Shown here: positions 1 through 10,427 of the stretch, one piece after another | How the letters are laid out: each line of letters begins with the position of its first letter | Position numbering within the stretch: the stretch's first letter is position 1 | Assembly (NCBI GenBank): GCA_965223505.1 | Contig: CBDCWP010000007.1 | Coordinates: 32,001-96,000 of the forward strand | Source of the DNA: Planctomycetota bacterium | GTDB lineage: Bacteria; Planctomycetota; PLA2; JAEUHO01 | Reading direction: 5' to 3' | DNA: 64,000 nucleotides | Made by a program: the position numbers and the translations under genes | Notes under the pieces: generated by a model | Database searches by the model: none | What the model saw: the letters and a program-made list of their open reading frames with translations, nothing else | What the model was told of the DNA's origin: nothing

Positions 1-459
1 GACCTCAGAGAGGTCGCGGATGCCGCGTACGCGAGGGGCGACTGGCACGAGGCCTACGAGGCGTATCACGACGCCTACGCGTTGGAGGATCCGGTCGAGG
101 AACGGCGTGCCCATCGCGCGTTCCTTGCGTTTCGCGTTGCTCGCTGTCTCGTCCGCTCGACGATCGAGCACGCCGACTCGCCCGACGTCTCGAGCCGGCG
201 CATCGAGTTCATGTGTGACGATGCGCTGCTCTGGCTCGCCGAGACCGCGGCGCTCGACGAGAACGAATACTGGGTCTGGTTCGAGCGCGGGTTGATCTTT
301 GACCGTGTGGGCCCGTGCCGCGATCTGCGCCTTGCGCGCGAGGCGTACGAGACGTTCTTGCGCATTCACGACGAGCGCACGGATCCGCCGGTGCCGCCGG
401 CGGAAGAGATGAGCGGCGTGAAGACCGCCCGCGATCGGTTGAAGGAGCTGGGTGGGTAG
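1..459 (+). CDS. TPR-like hypothetical protein, 5'-partial
   Basis: Frame is open from base 1 (DLREVADAAYARGDWHEAYEAY...) to TAG at 459; TPR-like helices (YWVWFERGLIF...AREAYETFL). Confidence 0.6.
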   Translation, partial: DLREVADAAYARGDWHEAYEAYHDAYALEDPVEERRAHRAFLAFRVARCLVRSTIEHADSPDVSSRRIEFMCDDALLWLAETAALDENEYWVWFERGLIFDRVGPCRDLRLAREAYETFLRIHDERTDPPVPPAEEMSGVKTARDRLKELGG

Positions 460-923
460 GGCGATGCTCGTGGTCGCACAGGTTCGGTGGCGCCACGTGG
501 ACGGGTGGGGATGTAGGGGCGACCCTCGTGGTCGCCCAATTGGGCAGCCACAAGGGCTGCCCCTACACGCGACGCCCGTTCAGCCGTTGGTCGCCCGCGA
601 GTGACTTGGTGACGGGAATCGTGATCGAGATCGTGATCGTGAGGACGTCGCAGCTCGTCAATGATCACCTCCTCGCCCGCCGTTGGAGACTTGCCGGTCC
701 GGATCAGCACGTCAACCGATTCCGCGGCCCCTTCCGGCCTCATCGACCCACGCTCCCGATCACGATCACCATCGCGATCCCGTCTCGCCGGTGAGCCACG
801 TCCATGTCCCCGAGCCGTCCCCTACATGCGACGCCCGTTCAAGGGGCGACCCTCGGAGTCGCCCAACTGGTAGGGGCGACCCTCGTGGTCGCCCAATTGG
901 GCAGCCACAAGGGCTGCCCCTAC
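456..923. repeat. REP/REPIN cluster (GTAG family)
   Basis: Identical GTAGGGGCGACCCTCGTGGTCGCCCAATTGGGCAGCCACAAGGGCTGCCCCTAC at 513-566 and 870-923; degenerate half copies at ~456 and ~842; lies between convergent genes. Confidence 0.85.
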
Positions 924-925
924 GT

Positions 926-3631
926 CTACGGTCGCTCGCGTTTGGGAAGCACGATCGCGCCGTGATGGACGTCGTCGTCCGTGATCGCCCACGCCTTCAC
1001 CACCAATCCCTTCGTCTTGCCGGCGAGCGGGAACTCGACGCGTGCAGCGCCGTCCTGGACGACCGCCTCCCGGCGATCGATCACCCAGTCGTTCGAGCGA
1101 CGGTGGTTTTCCCGAATCGTCGGAAACTGGGCGGGATCCAGCACGTTCGACACGGGCTCGGGCGTGTGCGCATTGCGGCTGCGCGAGTGTTCGAGCGTGA
1201 AGTGAAGCTCTGTGCCGTTCGGGAGCTTCGCGGCGGCGTCCACCACGATCGCCAGCTGCGTCTCGTCGAACGTCGACGTGAGCTCGATGGTGCGGCGCGG
1301 GAACGCGATCTTCAGTGCCGGATCGCCGAGGAGCGCGTAGAGCCAGACGCCTTCGAGCGCGAGGCGGTCCATCTCCTCTTGTGTCTTCAGGCCCGCGAGC
1401 ATGCGCGCGATCATGCGCAGCGACTTGAAGCCGATGTCGTCCTTCTTGGGACGAATCGTGTACGTGCCGGCCTTGGCCAGGATCTGGCCGAGCCGCAGCT
1501 CGCCCTCCTGCTTGGCCATGAACTGCGCGATCGAACGGCCGAGCAGGGCGTTGCCCGCCGGATGGCAGATGCGCGTCGCGCCCCAGTAGGCCACCGGACC
1601 GTTGGGCTGCTTCATGATCGCTTCGCCGACGCCGTCCTGATGGGGGAGGTCGAAGATCGCGGTCGTACACGCCACGACCAGCAGCGCCGGCGGCGTGCCC
1701 TTGATGTCGATGCGCGGGACGTCCTTGATCGTGAGGATCGGGTAGCGATGCCGCCCGGCCCGCAGGGCGTCGAACCCGAGCGCGAACCCGTGGCCCATGT
1801 ACGTGTAGAAGAGCGCGCCTTCGTTCAAGGCGTCGATCACCTTGTCGTTGAACTCGGGCGGCGGCCACAGGAACGACGACGCGACGCTGGCGAACGTGAT
1901 CTCGATGTCGAACGCGGGCGAGAGCTCCGTGGAGATCAGGTTCCGGAAGAGCCGCTCGATCCGCGCGTCGATGAGCTCGCCGAAGCGCCCTTCGCTCGTC
2001 ACGAAGCGCATCATGCGCCGTGACGCATGGTTCGGCGGAGCGGTCTCGTACCGGATCAACCGGTCGATGTAGGCCTTCATCGGCGCCGCGTCGCGGAACG
2101 GCAGGCGCCCGATGGCGGGCATGGGGACGTCGAGGTCCGCCGGCGGCTCGACGTAGAGCACGTCCGACGGCGTGGCGCCGTTGTACATCGTGCGCGACAT
2201 GACGGTGGGAATCGTGTCGATGTCGACCAGGTCCGTGCGGTCGTACGTCGCGTCTCCGGCAAGCAGCACGTAATCGAGCGGCACGTCCCCGCGCCGCATG
2301 CGCTTGATCAGGAACTCGCGGATCGCGCCGGGTGTCTTCTCACCGTGTCCGAACGACATGTAGATGTCGTTGTCCGGAATGACCACCGACGAGATGCCCT
2401 GGCTCTTTCGATGCGCCGCCAGGCGCTCGCACTCGTCGATGAGGGCCGGGACCGCGATGATGACGTGGCGCGCCAGACGTGCGTACGACAGGGGGTTGGT
2501 GAGCGTCGTGACGCGTTCGATCGTCGCATCCGTCACCTTGGTCGACGCGTAGAGCCGACAGCACGCATCGACGTTGCCGAACCGCACGACGAGCTGCCCC
2601 TCTCGGTCGCCAGGAGCCCAAGGCGCGGTCCACAGCGGAACGTGATCGCCTGCAGGGCCCACCATGCAAAGAAGAGGGCGCCGCGCCGTCTCGCTGTTGG
2701 TGACCCGGAACCGATGGAGATCATTCGGACACGCGTCGAAGACACGGAGCTTTTCGTCGATCCGCGCTTCGACTTCACCGGCCAGGGAGATCGACTCGAC
2801 CCAGATCGAGCCGCGACCGTCGGAGACGTCGTTACGGGGCGGCTTCGGAGGATCGACGGAGACGTCTCGTAGGGTCAACATCCCCGAGCCGTCGGGCATC
2901 GCGGCCGCGGGCACCTTCCACCGGAACTTGGCGCCGCCGGCGGCGTTGTCGATGCGCTCGACCGCGCTCGTGCCGAGCTCCTTGCCGCCGTAGCTCGCGC
3001 TGAGCGCCACGCTGCCCAGGCGCGTGCCGTAGGCGTGCACCTCGAGCGTCTGGTCGGCGCCCTTCGCCGCGCCGGAGGCATGCAGCGGAACCGTGAAGGA
3101 TTGACCGGCCGGGACTTTTCCGAAGAACCAGTGGGGGACGTCCTCGCCGTCGTACACGCGAACGTTGACGGCCGGATCCCTGCTCTTGTCCTCTTCGACG
3201 GCGGCGGCGAGCGGACCGAAGATCTGATCGCGATCGCTGCGTCGCGTCGATGTGACCGGCTGAAACGCGCCGTTCTCCGAGTCGGGCTCGACGCGGCGAA
3301 TCTGTCTGGCCGGACCGGAGATCAGCTCGTAGACCGCCGAGCGGCTGTGCGACGCCGCGACATCGTGCGCCAGGAACACGACGTCGCCCTTCGCTCCGTG
3401 CGTGACCATCGGCACCGGGACACCGCCGCGGCGCACGTGCAGTCCATGACCCTTCATGAGCTGAATGCGGGCCAGGAACGAGCCCGGAATCCGATAGAAC
3501 CCCGGCTCGGAAACCTTGATGCGCCCGACGACGTGCGGGTCGTCGGGGCTGGGGAGAGGACGGTCCTCTGCGACGGCCGGCGTGCACCACGGGAGCGCGA
3601 CGAGCAGGATCAGCGGAAGGGCGAAACGCAT
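926..3631 (-). CDS. C25 family (gingipain-like) cysteine peptidase domain protein, secreted
   Basis: Signal peptide; YVLLAGD, IGRLP, YMGHG (His), VVAC (Cys), LLGDP motifs. Confidence 0.8.
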   Translation of the reverse strand: MRFALPLILLVALPWCTPAVAEDRPLPSPDDPHVVGRIKVSEPGFYRIPGSFLARIQLMKGHGLHVRRGGVPVPMVTHGAKGDVVFLAHDVAASHSRSAVYELISGPARQIRRVEPDSENGAFQPVTSTRRSDRDQIFGPLAAAVEEDKSRDPAVNVRVYDGEDVPHWFFGKVPAGQSFTVPLHASGAAKGADQTLEVHAYGTRLGSVALSASYGGKELGTSAVERIDNAAGGAKFRWKVPAAAMPDGSGMLTLRDVSVDPPKPPRNDVSDGRGSIWVESISLAGEVEARIDEKLRVFDACPNDLHRFRVTNSETARRPLLCMVGPAGDHVPLWTAPWAPGDREGQLVVRFGNVDACCRLYASTKVTDATIERVTTLTNPLSYARLARHVIIAVPALIDECERLAAHRKSQGISSVVIPDNDIYMSFGHGEKTPGAIREFLIKRMRRGDVPLDYVLLAGDATYDRTDLVDIDTIPTVMSRTMYNGATPSDVLYVEPPADLDVPMPAIGRLPFRDAAPMKAYIDRLIRYETAPPNHASRRMMRFVTSEGRFGELIDARIERLFRNLISTELSPAFDIEITFASVASSFLWPPPEFNDKVIDALNEGALFYTYMGHGFALGFDALRAGRHRYPILTIKDVPRIDIKGTPPALLVVACTTAIFDLPHQDGVGEAIMKQPNGPVAYWGATRICHPAGNALLGRSIAQFMAKQEGELRLGQILAKAGTYTIRPKKDDIGFKSLRMIARMLAGLKTQEEMDRLALEGVWLYALLGDPALKIAFPRRTIELTSTFDETQLAIVVDAAAKLPNGTELHFTLEHSRSRNAHTPEPVSNVLDPAQFPTIRENHRRSNDWVIDRREAVVQDGAARVEFPLAGKTKGLVVKAWAITDDDVHHGAIVLPKRERP

Positions 3632-3656
3632 CGCCGCATCGTACGGGAACGGGCGG

Positions 3657-5054
3657 CTAGCGTATGCGGCCGATGGCGCGCAAGAGCTTCATCTGCGCCT
3701 TGTTGAACCCGATGACGGATTGCAGGTAGTCGATGCGCGCCTGGGTCAGCGTCTCTTCGGCCGTGATCGTGTCGAGCGGCACGCCGACGCCCTGGCGCAA
3801 GCGCTCCTGATAGAGGTCCAAAGACTCCTGCGCTTCCGCCGCGCCGACCTCGGACACCTCGATCGCCCCGCCGCGTGCGCGCACCTCGGTGTGCGCCGCC
3901 GACACCTCGCGAACGATGCGACCCTTGACCTTGCGGCCTTCGAGGATCGCGCGCCGATAGCGCGCCGCCGCCGAGGCCTGACGCGCCGTGTCGCCGATGC
4001 CGCCGGGACCGACCGTCCACGACAGCCCGACACGCGTGTCACTCGTGCCGCCCAGGTCGTCGAAGAAGCTACCGAACCAACCCGGCTCGTAGCCGACATG
4101 CACGTCCGGGAAAAACTCGCCCGTGACGGTGCCCTTTTTCTCCGCGTCCGCCGCGGCGGCGAGCATGCGCGCCTCACGCAGCTCCGGCCGGCCCAGGAAC
4201 GCCTTGCGAACGAGCGACGGCTCGGTTTCGTCCGGACCGATCAGCTCGAGCTTCACCGGCTGCGGGTCGCTCGCGTACAGCTCTACGCTGTTCGGCAGGT
4301 CGAGCACCTCGCGCAACGTCGCGGACGCGACGCCGATGGCCTCGATGGCCTGCTGGCGTTGCACCTTCGCGTGCGAGAGCCGCGCTCGCGCGCCCAACAC
4401 GTCGCCGCGGAATCCTGCTCCCGCCTTCACCGCCGCTTCCGCCTCGCCGGCCAGGTCCTCGTAGAGCGCGACCGAGGCGTCCGCGATCTCGAGGAACGCC
4501 TGGCCGTACATCAGGTCGAAGTAGGCGAGTGCCGCTTCCAGTGCGCGGTCGTTCATCTCGGCGTAGCCGGCCTGGCACGCGGCGCCACGGCGTTGTTTGG
4601 CGGCGAGCTGATCGTAGATCGCGTCGCCCAGCTCCCAGTCTGCGTACACCGATGCGCCGAGGAATACGTTGTCCTTCGTCACGTCGACGATGCGTCCCTC
4701 GGTCGCCTGCACGTTGCCGTCGACGTGCTGATAGCGGATCGGCAGTCGCACGGTCGGCAGGATCCACTGGCCGGCGCGCACCATTTCGGCATGCGCCTCC
4801 CGCGCCGTCTCCTTGACGATGCGTACGTCGAGGTTGCGGCCGACCGCCAGCTTCAGCACGGTGGGAAGATCGACCGGCATGCGCCCTTCCGCGGCCTGAG
4901 CGACGCCGACCGCCGGCGCGTCGTCGTTCACGGCCGGCGCCTGCGAAGCGACACCGCCGCGTGCGAGCGAAGCCGGAATCGGCACGGACGTGGTGTGCGA
5001 CGACGAGCATGCGCACAGCGTCGCAAGTAACGCCGCTACGGCGATCCGGCTCAT
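3657..5054 (-). CDS. TolC-family outer membrane efflux lipoprotein
   Basis: Lipobox LCAC; two OEP-like repeats; follows MFP with ATGA overlap. Confidence 0.85.
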   Translation of the reverse strand: MSRIAVAALLATLCACSSSHTTSVPIPASLARGGVASQAPAVNDDAPAVGVAQAAEGRMPVDLPTVLKLAVGRNLDVRIVKETAREAHAEMVRAGQWILPTVRLPIRYQHVDGNVQATEGRIVDVTKDNVFLGASVYADWELGDAIYDQLAAKQRRGAACQAGYAEMNDRALEAALAYFDLMYGQAFLEIADASVALYEDLAGEAEAAVKAGAGFRGDVLGARARLSHAKVQRQQAIEAIGVASATLREVLDLPNSVELYASDPQPVKLELIGPDETEPSLVRKAFLGRPELREARMLAAAADAEKKGTVTGEFFPDVHVGYEPGWFGSFFDDLGGTSDTRVGLSWTVGPGGIGDTARQASAAARYRRAILEGRKVKGRIVREVSAAHTEVRARGGAIEVSEVGAAEAQESLDLYQERLRQGVGVPLDTITAEETLTQARIDYLQSVIGFNKAQMKLLRAIGRIR

Positions 5055-6481
5055 TCCGATGCCTCCTTCATGACGGGCTCCGCGCGCTCGCCGTCGGCGA
5101 CCTTCGGCCCACCGCCGTAGATCACCTGCGAGTCCTCGCCGACTCCGTCGAGGATCTGAATCTTGTGGCCGTCGTCCACGCCGATCACGACCTTGGTCTT
5201 CTCGACCACGCCCTTTTCGTTGACGACCAGCACCGTGCTCTTGCGCTTCTTGGTCGTGACGCAGCGGGCCGGCAGTACGAGCGCGTCTTCATACGACTCC
5301 AGCGACACCTCGACCCGCGCGAACATGTGGGCGCGCAGCTTGCCGGCGCTGTTGTCGAGTTCGGCCTCGACCTCCATGGTGCGGGTCTTCGGGTCCAGCG
5401 CGTCGGCGATGCGCGCGACCCGCGCGTCGAACGACTCGTCGCCGAGCTCGTCGATGCGCACCTTGATGAGGCTGCCGACCTCGCAGTGCGGCGCATCGGG
5501 CGGCGCCAGGAAGAAGCGGATTCGCATCTTCGAGTCGTCCACCACCCGGAAGAGCGCCGTCGCGCCGCTGTTGCGCGTCGCGTCCTTCACCAACGTGCCC
5601 GTGTCGACCATGCGCTCCGAGACCACGCCCTTGAAGGGCGCGTGAATGGTGCCGAAGCCTTGCAGCGTCTCGGCCTCGCTCTTCTGGGCCTTGGCGAGGA
5701 GCTCGCCGGCCAACGCCGCGCCGACCGCCGCCTCGGCGGCGGCAATGCGCGCATCGGCGGCGGCGACCTGGGCCTGGGCGACGACGACGTTGTCCTCGGC
5801 CTCCTTGATGCCGACGCGGGCCACCTCGACGTCCGCTTGGGCGACCTCGTAGTCCCCGCGCGCTTCGTCGAGCTTGTCGCGCGCGACGGCGCGCGGCGCG
5901 TCCTTGATGACGGTGGTGAGGCGGTTGTAGACGATCTCCCGGTGGCGCAGGTTGGCCTCGGCCTTGGTGAGCAACGCCTTCGCCGCGTGGATGGCGCCGC
6001 GGGCCTGGCGCTCGTGGGCCTCGGCTTTGGCCTTGTCCTGGCCGGCCTCGAGCGCGGCCGCCTTCGCCTCGGCGATCGCCGCGGTCGCGCGCGCCACGCG
6101 GCTGTCCGCGGTCGCGACGGCCGCGTCGAGCTCCGGCACGGCGATGCGCAATAACACGGCTTCGCCGTCTCGGCCCTTGGGATCGACGCGCGTTCCGACC
6201 TCGACCGGTGGGCCGGCGTACCCGGCGACCTTGCCGTAGATCATCGCCTCGCGGTACGGCTTGACCTCGGCGGCCAACCGCACGACGCGCGTGATGGTCT
6301 CGACCGTGGGATTCACGACGAGCACCCTCGGGACCTCCCTGCGATGGACCGTCCCGTTCTCCGGCGCCGCCTCGGCGGTGCGCGTCACCGCGACGCTCGA
6401 TAGGCGATAGAGAATCGCGCCGCTGACACTGCCGACGATGACGAATGCGGCAACCAGCTGGATCTTCCGCTCGCGGGTCAT
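5051..6481 (-). CDS. RND efflux periplasmic adaptor (MFP)
   Basis: N-terminal TM, long coiled coil, IHAPFKGVV lipoyl-like motif, DPKTRT. Confidence 0.9.
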   Translation of the reverse strand: MTRERKIQLVAAFVIVGSVSGAILYRLSSVAVTRTAEAAPENGTVHRREVPRVLVVNPTVETITRVVRLAAEVKPYREAMIYGKVAGYAGPPVEVGTRVDPKGRDGEAVLLRIAVPELDAAVATADSRVARATAAIAEAKAAALEAGQDKAKAEAHERQARGAIHAAKALLTKAEANLRHREIVYNRLTTVIKDAPRAVARDKLDEARGDYEVAQADVEVARVGIKEAEDNVVVAQAQVAAADARIAAAEAAVGAALAGELLAKAQKSEAETLQGFGTIHAPFKGVVSERMVDTGTLVKDATRNSGATALFRVVDDSKMRIRFFLAPPDAPHCEVGSLIKVRIDELGDESFDARVARIADALDPKTRTMEVEAELDNSAGKLRAHMFARVEVSLESYEDALVLPARCVTTKKRKSTVLVVNEKGVVEKTKVVIGVDDGHKIQILDGVGEDSQVIYGGGPKVADGERAEPVMKEASE

Positions 6482-9400
6482 TCGGTTTCCTCCCGGAACT
6501 CCATGGCCAGGCGGCCTCGGAACAAGACGTAGAGAATCGGCACGACGAAGAGCGTCAGCACCATCGCGGTGAACACGCCGCCGATGACGGCGCGCGCCAG
6601 CGGGATGTTCGCGCCGCCGTAGAGCGCCATGGGCAACAGGCCCAGCATGGCTGCGAACGCGGTCATGAGAATCGGACGTAGACGGGCGACCGCCGCTTCC
6701 GTGACGGCCTCGGTGATGCTGCGGCCGCGCGCCCGCAGCTGGTTGGCGAACTCCACCAGCAGGATGGAGAACGCCACCACGATGCCCACCATCATGATGA
6801 CGCCCATGATCGACTGGATGTTGAGCGTGTCCCCGGTCAACAGCAGCGTGAGCACGACGCCGACAAATCCCAGCGGCACGGCGAACATCACGATGAACGG
6901 GTCCACGAACGACCGGAATTGCACCACCATCACCAGATAGACGAGCGCGGCCGCCATGATCAACCCGAATGCCAGACCGCCGAACGAATCACGCATGATC
7001 TGGGTCTCACCGCGGTTGTGAATCGCATACCCTTTCGGGATCTTTCCGGCCGCGCGCATGTCGTCGAGGATCACGTCGACCTCCGCGGCGACCGCGCCGG
7101 CATCGCGGCCTTCGACGTTCGCGAAGACGTCCGTCACACGCGTGATGTTGAGATGCGTGACCTCGGAGGGGGCCATGTCGCGCTCGATGGTGGCAACCGA
7201 CTTGAGCTGAATCGGGCGTCGGCCGTCATTGGGGTTGATGACGGCCTCCTCGAGCGCCTGGCGCATGTCCATGTCCTTGACCTTGTACTGTGCGCCGACG
7301 AAGTAGTGGTTGCCGTTGTTCGGATCGAGCCAGAACGACTTCTCGAACGAGATCGACGAGCGGAAGGCCGTCACGACGTTCTTCACGATGTCGCCGGCGT
7401 CCATGCCGAGCATGTACGCCTTCTCGCGGTCGATCTCGATCTTGTAGGTCGGCGTGTCGAGGCGCTGCTGGATGCGCACGTCCTTCGCGCCGGGAATGTT
7501 CCCGACGCGCGCGCGCACCTCCTCGGCGATCTCGTGCGCGACATCGAGGCTCTTGCCGTCGATCTGGACGTTGATGGGGTGCGCGACACCGTTGTTGACC
7601 GCGGCGGACAGAATGCCGGCCGTGTCGAACGAGAATTCGAGGCCCGGGAACTGCTTGTTGAGCTTGGGACGCAGCTCCGCCACGTACTCGAAAACGGACT
7701 TGCGTTCGATTCCCTCCCTGAGCTGGATGCTGACGAACGCGTCGCCGGACCCCGAGTTCGGCGTGTAGGCCGCCGGCCACTCGTTGAGCACGCCGATGTT
7801 GGTGATCATCTTTTGCAGGATCTCTTCGGGGATCGTGCGCTGGATGGTCTTCTCGACCTCGGCGAGAGTCTTCTCCGTTTCGACCGGCGTCGTGCCGGAG
7901 GTCTCGCGAACGCGAATCATGAACTGCCCCGCGTCCACGGGCGGGAACAGCTCCTGGCCCAGTGCCGGGAGCAACGCGACGAAGGTGAACGCCATCACGC
8001 CGCCGACGATCGCCAGCACGAGCCAGCGGGCTTTCAGGGCCGCGCCGAGCATGCCGCGATAGGCGCTCTGCAGCTTCTCGAGCATCCCTTTCAGCGCGCC
8101 GGCGATGCCGCGCTCCTCCTCGTGCTCCTTCAAGAACCTGGAAGCGAGCAGCGGTAGAAACGTCATCGTCAGGACGTAGGAGGAGAACATGGCAAAGGCC
8201 ACCGAGATCGCCATCGGGACGAACAGGAACTTGCCGATGCCGGCGAGGAAGATCACCGGGAAGAACACCACCGTGACGGTGAACATGATGAGCAGTCGCG
8301 GCCGCGCCATCTCGCGCATGCCGTCGAGCGCGGCGTCCATTCGACTCTTACCCATTTCGAGGTGGCGTGCGATGTTCTCGATCGACACGATGCCCTCGTC
8401 CAGGATCATGCCGGTGACGAGCGCGAGGCCTCCGAGCGTCATGATGTTGATCGACTGTCCGGCCGCATAGAGGCCGACGAACGCCGCGACGACCGTCAGC
8501 GGCAGCTGGATGAGGATGAAGACCGTCGTCCGGACGCTGCGCAGGAAGACGAGAATCATCAGCGCGGCGAGCAGCCCGCCGATGAGCATCTCCAGCACGA
8601 GGTTGTTGACGGCCTTCCGGACGAACAGCGACTGATCGAAGATGACGTCGAGGTTCACACCGTCGGGCAGGCGCGCTTTGATGGGCTCCAGCTTCTCCTT
8701 GACCGTATCGACGATCTGGATCGTGTTGGCGCCGGGTTGACGGTAGATCGGGATGTAGGCCTGCCGCGCGCCGTCGATGCGAACGATATTGCTCTGAATC
8801 TCGGCCGAGTCTTGTACGTCGGCGACGTCCTTGATCCGCACCATCCGATCGCCGTCGAGCTTGACCGGATAGTCGTTCATCTCCTCGACGTCGTGGGGGA
8901 GCGCGTTCGATTCGAGCAGGTAGTCGATGCCGCCGATGCGCGCCGCGCCGACGGGAATGAAGATGTTGTTGTTGTTGAGCGCGTCGACCACGTTCATGTT
9001 CGACAGCCCGCGGGCTTCGAGGGCGCGCGGATCGATGTAGGCCAGAATGCGGCGCAACTTGCCGCCGTAGACGGCGGGCGCAACCACGCCCGAGATGCTC
9101 TGCATCTTGTTGCGTAGCTCGAAGTACGCGATGTCGTAGAGAGCCGTCTCGTCGTAGATCAGCTGGCCTGCAGCGTCGCGCTCGCTGGAAACGGCGAGCA
9201 GGCACAGCGGGAACGTCGCCGTCGGGTCGAACGGCATCATCATCGGCGACCACGTGCCGGGGGGCAGGTAGTAGAGGTCGGAGATCGCGTACGCCGAGAC
9301 CTGCGCCATCGCGGCGTCGGGATCGATCTCCTCGTGGAAGAAGTCCTTGACGATGCTCACGCCGAGCATCGACTTCGCTTCCTGATGTTCGATGCCGACG

Positions 9401-9615
9401 GACTGGCCGGTCCAACGCTGAATACGGCTGGTGATGTCCTTCTCGACGTTCTCCGCGGGCATGCCGGGGTACATCGTCAGGATCTGCACGGCGGGCTTCT
9501 TGTAGGTCGGCAGGATGTCGGTCGCCATCAGCGGAATGACCCTGCCGCCGATCAAGATGATGGCGAGCACGAGCACGAGCACCCCGTGGGGGTACTTGAT
9601 TGCCCACTTGACCAT
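6478..9615 (-). CDS. RND efflux permease (AcrB/CusA family)
   Basis: 1045 aa; SINIMTLGGLAL..GMILDEGIVSIEN, RLRPILMT, PLARAVIGG. Confidence 0.95.
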   Translation of the reverse strand: MVKWAIKYPHGVLVLVLAIILIGGRVIPLMATDILPTYKKPAVQILTMYPGMPAENVEKDITSRIQRWTGQSVGIEHQEAKSMLGVSIVKDFFHEEIDPDAAMAQVSAYAISDLYYLPPGTWSPMMMPFDPTATFPLCLLAVSSERDAAGQLIYDETALYDIAYFELRNKMQSISGVVAPAVYGGKLRRILAYIDPRALEARGLSNMNVVDALNNNNIFIPVGAARIGGIDYLLESNALPHDVEEMNDYPVKLDGDRMVRIKDVADVQDSAEIQSNIVRIDGARQAYIPIYRQPGANTIQIVDTVKEKLEPIKARLPDGVNLDVIFDQSLFVRKAVNNLVLEMLIGGLLAALMILVFLRSVRTTVFILIQLPLTVVAAFVGLYAAGQSINIMTLGGLALVTGMILDEGIVSIENIARHLEMGKSRMDAALDGMREMARPRLLIMFTVTVVFFPVIFLAGIGKFLFVPMAISVAFAMFSSYVLTMTFLPLLASRFLKEHEEERGIAGALKGMLEKLQSAYRGMLGAALKARWLVLAIVGGVMAFTFVALLPALGQELFPPVDAGQFMIRVRETSGTTPVETEKTLAEVEKTIQRTIPEEILQKMITNIGVLNEWPAAYTPNSGSGDAFVSIQLREGIERKSVFEYVAELRPKLNKQFPGLEFSFDTAGILSAAVNNGVAHPINVQIDGKSLDVAHEIAEEVRARVGNIPGAKDVRIQQRLDTPTYKIEIDREKAYMLGMDAGDIVKNVVTAFRSSISFEKSFWLDPNNGNHYFVGAQYKVKDMDMRQALEEAVINPNDGRRPIQLKSVATIERDMAPSEVTHLNITRVTDVFANVEGRDAGAVAAEVDVILDDMRAAGKIPKGYAIHNRGETQIMRDSFGGLAFGLIMAAALVYLVMVVQFRSFVDPFIVMFAVPLGFVGVVLTLLLTGDTLNIQSIMGVIMMVGIVVAFSILLVEFANQLRARGRSITEAVTEAAVARLRPILMTAFAAMLGLLPMALYGGANIPLARAVIGGVFTAMVLTLFVVPILYVLFRGRLAMEFREETE

Positions 9616-9650
9616 GTTCCCTCCCTCTATCCGTCCCTACGCGGCCGTTG

Positions 9651-10427
9651 CTACGGGTCGAGCTTCTTGCGCACGACCTCGAGATCGCGCGAGTCGTCGG
9701 CGACGAAGACCCACACGTACTCACCTCGCCCGAACATCAGCACGTCGTGTTCGCACGCGCGGTCACCGTCCCTGCATGGACGCATGAATCGCGGCGCGAG
9801 ATCGGCCGGAAGGTCGAAGTCCGCCCTCCGGATCTGTAGCAGCGTGACGGGCCCTTGGCCCTTCCACAGGCTGAACGCGACCGGGTGACCTCCCAGCTTG
9901 CAGAGCCGTCCTCCTACGACGCCCAGCCCGCCGACTTCACGCGGGATGTTGACCTCGAATGGAATGTGCGGCCGGAGCTTCGTCGCAAGCTCGTCAGCGG
10001 TCTCCGCCGTGACGTCCCAGCTGTGGGTGTTGCGGTGGTCGTTCACCGCCATCACGCCGACCGCGTTGAGCCGCTCCTCGAGCGAGCGTGTATCAACCGG
10101 CCGGAGCATCCAGATCGCGCCGACGACGATCAGGAGCAGCGCCGCGATCGCAACGAACCGTCCAGGGCCGGTGCGCGGCAGCATCGGCGGCCGCGTGTCG
10201 GCCGGGATCGCCAGCAGGCGCTCTTCGAGACCCGCCGGTGCGTCGGCCCGCGCGAGCTCGAGCCGCATGCGCTCGCCTTCCTCGAGCAGCGAGAGCCACT
10301 GGGCTTGCGCCCAGCCCCCGCGGCGCGCGACCTCGGCCTCGACCGCCTGCCGTCGCTCGTCGTCGGGCGGGAGCGCGGATGCTTCACCGAGCTTGCGCAG
10401 CCACTCGGACCGGTCGGGCGCCTTCAT
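9651..10427 (-). CDS. Putative transmembrane anti-sigma factor
   Basis: ATG overlaps the stop of the sigma C-terminal frame (ATGA); short cytoplasmic N-terminus, one TM, periplasmic GGRLC-type domain. Confidence 0.7.
   Translation of the reverse strand: MKAPDRSEWLRKLGEASALPPDDERRQAVEAEVARRGGWAQAQWLSLLEEGERMRLELARADAPAGLEERLLAIPADTRPPMLPRTGPGRFVAIAALLLIVVGAIWMLRPVDTRSLEERLNAVGVMAVNDHRNTHSWDVTAETADELATKLRPHIPFEVNIPREVGGLGVVGGRLCKLGGHPVAFSLWKGQGPVTLLQIRRADFDLPADLAPRFMRPCRDGDRACEHDVLMFGRGEYVWVFVADDSRDLEVVRKKLDP

Noticed and set aside
640..743. Four-helix-bundle (IVS) protein remnant inside the inverted repeat
   Set aside because: Only a vague resemblance (GAAESVDVL); too short to support
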